DNA of 64,000 nucleotides from an uncultured Albidiferax sp. (GTDB lineage Bacteria; Pseudomonadota; Gammaproteobacteria; Burkholderiales; Burkholderiaceae_C): NCBI GenBank assembly GCA_963512645.1, contig CAUPNM010000021.1, positions 12,123 to 76,122 of the forward strand, read 5' to 3'. Shown piece by piece: positions 58,459 to 64,000 of this stretch (position 1 is its first letter; each line of letters starts with the position of its first letter). The notes under the pieces were generated by a model. It saw only the letters and a program-made list of their open reading frames with translations, ran no database searches and was not told where the DNA came from. The position numbers and the translations under genes were made by a program.

Positions 58459-58544
58459 GGAGAGGTGGCCGAGTGGTTAATGGCAGCAGACTGTAAATCT
58501 GCCCTCTTACGAGTACGCTGGTTCGAATCCAGCCCTCTCCACCA
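58459..58544 (+). tRNA. tRNA-Tyr (GTA)
   Basis: GGAGAGG...GCAGA-CT-GTA-AA-TCTGC, long variable arm, GTTCGAATC, CCA end. Confidence 0.97.
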
Positions 58545-58642
58545 GCGAAACGTCAGAAATGACAGCCAGTTTTTGAAAGTATTGACAAGCGGGTTTTGGG
58601 TTTGGCGTGAATGTTTCGCCTCGGATGCGCCAGCATCAGAAC

Positions 58643-58716
58643 GCGGGAGTAGTTCAATGGTAGAACCCTAGCCTTCCAAGCTAATGACGCGGGTTCGATT
58701 CCCGTCTCCCGCTCCA
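58643..58716 (+). tRNA. tRNA-Gly (TCC)
   Basis: GCGGGAG...TAGC-CT-TCC-AA-GCTA...GTTCGATTC...CTCCCGC-T-CCA. Confidence 0.97.
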
Positions 58717-58780
58717 AAGGCGTTTGTCAGTAGTTGTTAAGGTTGTGCTGCAGCAGATCTTCTGTAGCAGTACAACAAGT

Positions 58781-58855
58781 GCCCATTTGGCTCAGTGGCA
58801 GAGCACTCCCTTGGTAAGGGAGAGGTCCCGGGTCCGATTCCCGGAATGGGCACCA
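58781..58855 (+). tRNA. tRNA-Thr (GGT)
   Basis: GCCCATT...CTCCC-TT-GGT-AA-GGGAG...AATGGGC-A-CCA; the T-loop reads TCCGATT. Confidence 0.95.
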
Positions 58856-58943
58856 GTATTTTGAGAAAGCGCCGAATCCAGTAGGTGCCGACGGTTGGGT
58901 AAATTTGGTTTATTTTTTTCGGAGCTCCTTGGAGAGTTGAAAA

Positions 58944-60134
58944 ATGGGAAAAGAAAAGTTCACACGTACCAAGCCCCACGTCAATGTGGGCACCATCGGC
59001 CACGTTGACCATGGCAAAACCACACTGACCGCCGCCATCACCACCGTGCTGGCAGCCAAGTTCGGTGGCCAGGCCAAGGCCTACGACCAAATCGATGCAG
59101 CGCCCGAAGAAAAAGCGCGCGGTATTACCATCAATACCGCCCACGTCGAATACGAAACCGCCAACCGCCACTACGCCCACGTGGACTGCCCAGGCCACGC
59201 TGACTATGTGAAGAACATGATCACGGGTGCTGCCCAGATGGACGGCGCGATTCTGGTGTGCTCGGCTGCTGACGGCCCCATGCCCCAGACCCGCGAACAC
59301 ATCCTGTTGGCCCGCCAGGTTGGCGTGCCTTACATCATCGTGTTCCTGAACAAGTGCGACATGGTTGACGACGCCGAACTGCTCGAACTCGTTGAAATGG
59401 AAGTGCGCGAGCTGCTCGACAAATACGATTTCCCTGGCGACACCACCCCCATCATCCACGGCTCGGCTAAGCTGGCTATGGAAGGCGACAAGGGTCCTCT
59501 GGGCGAAGAAGCCATCATCAAGCTGGCCGAAGCACTCGACACCTACATCCCCATGCCTGAGCGTGCAGTGGACGGCGCATTCCTGATGCCCGTGGAAGAC
59601 GTGTTCTCGATCTCTGGCCGCGGCACCGTGGTGACCGGTCGTGTTGAGCGCGGTATCGTCAAGGTCGGTGAAGAAATCGAAATCGTCGGTATCGCTGACA
59701 CGCAAAAGACCACCTGCACTGGCGTGGAAATGTTCCGCAAGCTGCTGGACCAAGGCCAGGCTGGCGACAACGTCGGTATCTTGCTGCGCGGCACCAAGCG
59801 TGAAGACGTGCAGCGCGGCCAAGTGCTGTGCAAGCCCAACTAGATCAAGCCCCACACACATTTCACTTCCGAAATCTACGTGCTGAGCAAAGACGAAGGC
59901 GGCCGCCACACACCTTTCTTCAACAACTACCGTCCCCAGTTCTACTTCCGTACCACGGACGTGACCGGTGCGATCGAGTTGCCAGAAGGCAAGGAAATGG
60001 TCATGCCTGGCGATAACGTGTCGATCACCGTCAAGCTGATCAACCCCATCGCCATGGAAGAAGGTCTGCGCTTCGCTATCCGCGAAGGCGGCAAGACCGT
60101 CGGCGCCGGTGTGGTTGCCAAGATCATTGCTTAA
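58944..60134 (+). pseudogene. tuf: Elongation factor Tu with an in-frame TAG at codon 300 (pseudogene or base-call error)
   Basis: One frame from ATG 58944 to TAA 60134 ([35 protein letters not shown]), interrupted by TAG at 59841-43 in ...CKPN*IKPHTHF. Confidence 0.85.
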
Positions 60135-60140
60135 TTTTGT

Positions 60141-60216
60141 AGGGGCGTAGCTCAATTGGCAGAGCGTCGGTCTCCAAAACCGAAGGTTGATGGTTCGATT
60201 CCTTCCGCCCCTGCCA
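60141..60216 (+). tRNA. tRNA-Trp (CCA)
   Basis: AGGGGCG...TCGGT-CT-CCA-AA-ACCGA...GTTCGATTC...CGCCCCT-G-CCA. Confidence 0.97.
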
Positions 60217-60316
60217 CCTGACAAGTTCAAGGTGGTTCATAGTTAGTCCAAACAAGCCCGTCATGACCTGACGGGCTTCTGTGTCTCAAGAGACACCATG
60301 TATTTGAAGCAGGAAA

Positions 60317-60709
60317 ATGCCAAAAATGGCCACTTCACAAGTTGAGACGATCAACACCAACGCAGACAAAGCCAAATTGGCGCTGTCCGCTGTTTTGGTG
60401 GTGGGTGCGTTAGCTGCCTTTTATTTGTTGAGCAAGCAAGGGCAGATTGCCCAATGGGCGGCCTTGATTGTGGGTGTTGTCGCTGCCGTCGTGGTATTTC
60501 TCGCATCCGAGCCAGGTAAGCAATTGGTCGCGTTTGGTCGAGATGCTTGGCGCGAAGTCAAAAAGGTTGTTTGGCCTACCCGTAAAGAAACCACACAGAT
60601 GACGTTATACGTCTTCGGCTTTGTGGTGCTCATGGCCTTGTTCCTCTGGCTCACTGACAAGACGCTGGAATGGGTTTTTTATGACTTGATTCTGGGCTGG
60701 AAAAAGTAA
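60317..60709 (+). CDS. secE: Preprotein translocase subunit SecE (start may be 60326)
   Basis: Three TM segments; [12 protein letters not shown] motif; tuf-tRNA-Trp-secE-nusG order. Confidence 0.96.
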   Translation: MPKMATSQVETINTNADKAKLALSAVLVVGALAAFYLLSKQGQIAQWAALIVGVVAAVVVFLASEPGKQLVAFGRDAWREVKKVVWPTRKETTQMTLYVFGFVVLMALFLWLTDKTLEWVFYDLILGWKK

Positions 60710-61296
60710 TGACTGATGTTGTAGAAATGAGCGCGGCGGAACCGTCGGCGACTCCTGTGAATCCTGATCTGCGTTGGTACATCGTGCACGCTTATTCCGG
60801 AATGGAAAAGGCAGTCGAGCGCAATATTACCGAACGGATTCTTCAATCCGGTATGCAGCAGAAATTTGCGCGCATCCTGGTCCCGACCGAAGAAGTCGTT
60901 GAAATCAAAAATGGCCAGCGCAAGACGACCGAGCGTCGTCTTTTCCCAGGTTATGTGTTTGTTGAGATGGTGATGGACGATGAGTCCTGGCACTTGGTCA
61001 AACACACCAACAAAGTTACTGGTTTTGTAGGTGGTGCCAAGAATCGGCCCGCTCCGATTTCAGAGGCAGAAGTACAGAAAATCGTGAGCCAGATGCAAGA
61101 AGGCACCGATAAGCCGCGCCATAAAGTGGAATTCTTGGTGGGCGAATTTGTCCGAGTCAAAGAAGGCCCGTTTACCGACTTCAATGGCTCAGTAGAAGAA
61201 GTAAATTACGAAAAAAGCAAAGTGCGTGTTTCGGTCACTATTTTCGGTCGCGCCACACCTGTCGAACTGGAATTTAGCCAGATCGAAAAGACTTAG
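60709..61296 (+). CDS. nusG: Transcription termination/antitermination factor NusG
   Basis: [15 protein letters not shown] and [11 protein letters not shown]...[12 protein letters not shown] motifs. Confidence 0.98.
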   Translation: MTDVVEMSAAEPSATPVNPDLRWYIVHAYSGMEKAVERNITERILQSGMQQKFARILVPTEEVVEIKNGQRKTTERRLFPGYVFVEMVMDDESWHLVKHTNKVTGFVGGAKNRPAPISEAEVQKIVSQMQEGTDKPRHKVEFLVGEFVRVKEGPFTDFNGSVEEVNYEKSKVRVSVTIFGRATPVELEFSQIEKT

Positions 61297-61427
61297 TTTC
61301 CGTATTGTTTGAGTGAGTTCCACGTTTTCCGACTCGACGTGGATGATGTTAACGAGTCGCAACCCCGGGGAGCCCATGTCCACCAGTTTCGGTAGGCAGA
61401 AGCGTTAAGACCCGCAAGGAGTAAATA

Positions 61428-61859
61428 ATGGCGAAAAAAATCGTCGGTTTTATTAAGCTGCAAGTTCCAGCCGGTAAAGCCAACCCATCCCCCCCGATCG
61501 GCCCTGCACTGGGTCAACGTGGTTTGAACATCATGGAGTTCTGCAAAGCATTCAATGCGCAGACCCAAGGTGTTGAGCCAGGTCTGCCATTGCCAGTGGT
61601 GATCACTGCATTTGCAGATAAAAGCTTTACCTTCATTATCAAAACACCGCCAGCGACTGTTTTGATCAAGAAAGCCATCAAGCTCGACAAGGGTTCTTCG
61701 ACTCCGCACAGCGCGAAAGTCGGCAAGATCACCCGCGCCCAGCTTGAAGAGATTGCAAAGACCAAGATGAAAGACATGACGGCCGCTGATCTGGACGCTG
61801 CCGTTCGTACGATCGCTGGTACCGCCCGGTCTATGGGTGTGAATGTGGAGGGCGTGTAA
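61428..61859 (+). CDS. rplK: 50S ribosomal protein L11
   Basis: [23 protein letters not shown] motif. Confidence 0.99.
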   Translation: MAKKIVGFIKLQVPAGKANPSPPIGPALGQRGLNIMEFCKAFNAQTQGVEPGLPLPVVITAFADKSFTFIIKTPPATVLIKKAIKLDKGSSTPHSAKVGKITRAQLEEIAKTKMKDMTAADLDAAVRTIAGTARSMGVNVEGV

Positions 61860-62555
61860 ATGTCCAAGCTGACCAAAAAACAAAAAGCCTTTGCGGGCAA
61901 GATTGACAGCACCAAGCTGTATCCATTGGCTGATGCCTTGGTAATCATCAAAGAGTGTGCCAACGCCAAGTTCGATGAGTCGATCGACGTGGCCGTGCAA
62001 CTCGGCATTGATGCCAAAAAGTCTGACCAAGTTGTGCGTGGCGCTGTTGTATTGCCGAACGGCACTGGCAAAACTAAACGCGTTGCTGTGTTCGCCCAAG
62101 GAGCCAAAGCTGAAGAAGCTAAGGCCGCTGGCGCCGATATCGTCGGAATGGACGACCTGGCCGCAATGATCAAAGCGGGCGATATGCCTTTTGACATCGT
62201 GATCGCTGCTCCTGATGCCATGCGCGTTGTGGGTACTTTGGGTCAGATTCTGGGCCCACGCGGTCTGATGCCTAACCCTAAGGTTGGTACGGTTACGCCC
62301 GATGTTGCTACGGCCGTCAAGAACGCCAAAGCAGGTCAGGTTCAGTTCCGCGTCGACAAGGCCGGTATTGTGCACAGCACCATTGGCCGTCGCTCGTTTG
62401 ACTCCGACAAGTTGCAAGGCAACCTGGCTGCGCTAATCGATGCATTGACCAAAGCCAAGCCTGCATCCAGCAAGGGCTTGTATTTACGCAAAGTAGCGGT
62501 TTCGAGCACGATGGGTGTGGGCGTTCGCGTTGACACGCAAACCATCGCAGCGTAA
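61860..62555 (+). CDS. rplA: 50S ribosomal protein L1
   Basis: [18 protein letters not shown] and [15 protein letters not shown] motifs. Confidence 0.99.
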   Translation: MSKLTKKQKAFAGKIDSTKLYPLADALVIIKECANAKFDESIDVAVQLGIDAKKSDQVVRGAVVLPNGTGKTKRVAVFAQGAKAEEAKAAGADIVGMDDLAAMIKAGDMPFDIVIAAPDAMRVVGTLGQILGPRGLMPNPKVGTVTPDVATAVKNAKAGQVQFRVDKAGIVHSTIGRRSFDSDKLQGNLAALIDALTKAKPASSKGLYLRKVAVSSTMGVGVRVDTQTIAA

Positions 62556-62599
62556 TCACAAAATTTGAAGCCCCTGCAAAGAGGCTTCGAGGTGGTGGG

Positions 62600-62790
62600 T
62601 CGCAGGAGTCTCGAAACTTCGGCGAGCCATCCAAGACCGTTGGTGTGCAGTTTGTCTGCACTTAATCAGTGAAAACCAACGCAGATGGCGATCCCGCTGC
62701 AGATGGAATAAGTTTCCCGAAACAGTTGGTCGCTGCAGAGTGGCGTGTTGGATGGCAATTAGCCGGACAACACATTTTAAGGAGTAGACC
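62600..62790 (+). promoter_or_regulatory. Probable L10 leader (ribosomal-protein autoregulatory RNA)
   Basis: Long rplA-rplJ spacer containing CCAAGACCGTTGG...TTAA...ACGCAGATGG, which resembles my recollection of the L10 leader core; boundaries approximate. Confidence 0.6.
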
Positions 62791-63339
62791 TTGAGTCTTA
62801 ATCGCAGTGAGAAAGAAGCGGTCATTACCGATGTGACCAGCCTCGCCGCTAAAGCTCAAACGCTCGTGATGGCGGAATACCGTGGTATCACGGTCGCTGA
62901 CATGACCAAATTGCGCTCAGCAGCGCGTAGCAATGGCGTGACCTTAAGCGTGTTGAAAAACACCTTGGCCCGCCGTGCTGTCGCAGGCAGTGCTTTTGAA
63001 ATCGTGTCCGACCAGATGACCGGCCCGCTGATCTATGGCTTTTCTGTGGATGCCGTAGCTGCTGCCAAAGTAGTAGCTGAATTCTCGAAAACCAACGACA
63101 AGTTGGTGATTCGCGGTGGTGCATTCGGTGGAAAAGTTCTGGACGTGAACGGCGTTAAGCAACTGGCAAGCATCCCTTCCAAGGAAGTTTTGTTGGCACA
63201 GTTGTTGGGCTTGATGCAGTCCCCCATTTCGCGGACGGCACGTGTGCTGGCAGCGTTGGCGACACAAAAAGGCGTGGGTTCTACCGAACCAGCAGTCGAA
63301 GCGGCCCCAGAAGCGGCTGCCGAGGTTGCTCCGGCGTAA
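62791..63339 (+). CDS. rplJ: 50S ribosomal protein L10
   Basis: TTG start after [33 protein letters not shown] and [10 protein letters not shown] motifs. Confidence 0.97.
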   Translation: MSLNRSEKEAVITDVTSLAAKAQTLVMAEYRGITVADMTKLRSAARSNGVTLSVLKNTLARRAVAGSAFEIVSDQMTGPLIYGFSVDAVAAAKVVAEFSKTNDKLVIRGGAFGGKVLDVNGVKQLASIPSKEVLLAQLLGLMQSPISRTARVLAALATQKGVGSTEPAVEAAPEAAAEVAPA

Positions 63340-63432
63340 CCCACAAGTTACGTACGGCATTGACAAAAACTTTGTTGGATAGCGGCTTGCATATGCATAG
63401 CCTGTCCCCAACTGAAAAAATTGGAAATCAAA

Positions 63433-63804
63433 ATGGCATTCGATAAAGACGCATTTTTGACCGCGCTTGACAGCATGACGGTCCTGGAACTCAACGACCT
63501 GGTGAAAGCCATCGAAGAGAAATTTGGCGTGAGCGCAGCTGCAATGGCTGGCCCTGCCGCCGCTGCTGGCCCTGCTGCCGCTGCTGAAGAAAAGACTGAA
63601 TTCAACGTCGTTCTGGTTGAAGCCGGTGCACAAAAGGTGTCGGTCATTAAGGCTGTTCGCGAAATTACCGGCCTGGGCTTGAAAGAAGCTAAGGATCTGG
63701 TTGATGGCGCGCCTAAGGCTGTCAAGGAAGGCATCTCCAAGGCTGACGCTGATGCTGCTATGAAGAAGCTGGTGGAAGCTGGTGCAAAAGTCGAACTGAA
63801 GTAA
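63433..63804 (+). CDS. rplL: 50S ribosomal protein L7/L12
   Basis: [26 protein letters not shown] and [23 protein letters not shown] motifs. Confidence 0.99.
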   Translation: MAFDKDAFLTALDSMTVLELNDLVKAIEEKFGVSAAAMAGPAAAAGPAAAAEEKTEFNVVLVEAGAQKVSVIKAVREITGLGLKEAKDLVDGAPKAVKEGISKADADAAMKKLVEAGAKVELK

Positions 63805-64000
63805 TTCATTCGTAAACGAGGGCTGGGAGCTCCTGAAGGGGCTTCCAGCCTTTCGTGCTTGTTGAAAGTGAAATTACTTTCATGCTCCGAGGCTCGCGCC
63901 ATCTGGGTATGTAAGTGAGAGCACACTGAAAAGCGGGGCAAAGACCTGTTTTTCAGTGTCTTCTGGCCCCGACTGCAGAAGATGCCTTGGTTCGGATTGC

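Noticed and set aside
59841-59843. Programmed amber recoding (pyrrolysine or alternative code) in tuf
   Set aside because: TAG is used as a normal stop elsewhere in the window (prs, pth, ffh), and no pyl genes or suppressor tRNA are seen.
59880-60134. Separate 84-aa gene
   Set aside because: It is the in-frame C-terminal part of EF-Tu after the internal stop; the GTG is an ordinary Val codon with no clear RBS.
58459-60216. tRNA genes as prophage or island attachment sites
   Set aside because: No integrase or duplicated tRNA 3' end in the window; this is the standard Tyr-Gly-Thr-tuf-Trp-secE arrangement.
61293-62417. 374-aa minus-strand ORF
   Set aside because: Shadow of rplK/rplA.

Overview
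GC-rich betaproteobacterial chromosome segment; proteins and gene order suggest Comamonadaceae, possibly Rhodoferax-like (inferred, not verified). It is mostly housekeeping: mutM-TPR-lolB-ispE-tRNA-Gln-prs-rplY-pth, thiL, hemE-priA, ffh, pilSR-ampD-nrdAB, accBC-prmA, mpl, aroG-tldD, rodA, rnb-tonB-aroE-mtgA, trpC-ung, three tRNAs-tuf-tRNA-Trp-secE-nusG-rplKAJL. Two accessory blocks interrupt it. The first (12.9-20.2 kb) holds ccdAB, a DTW protein, a metzincin lipoprotein and two chemoreceptors. The second (43.0-48.7 kb) is the lead candidate for an undescribed system: a 105-aa precursor with a double-glycine-type leader, a Tat-exported class II cholesterol-oxidase-like flavoprotein, an HlyD adaptor and a C39-peptidase ABC exporter, with no recognisable immunity or tailoring gene. 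Other signals missed by the ORF track: an 18-aa Phe/Tyr/Trp-rich leader peptide with terminator/antiterminator upstream of aroG; a ~60-bp double-palindrome repeat with about 10 copies, four in-frame inside core genes; a DnaA-box/IHF cluster between hemE and priA; and an in-frame TAG in tuf at about the domain 2/3 boundary. No CRISPR array, integrase, transposase or rRNA was seen.
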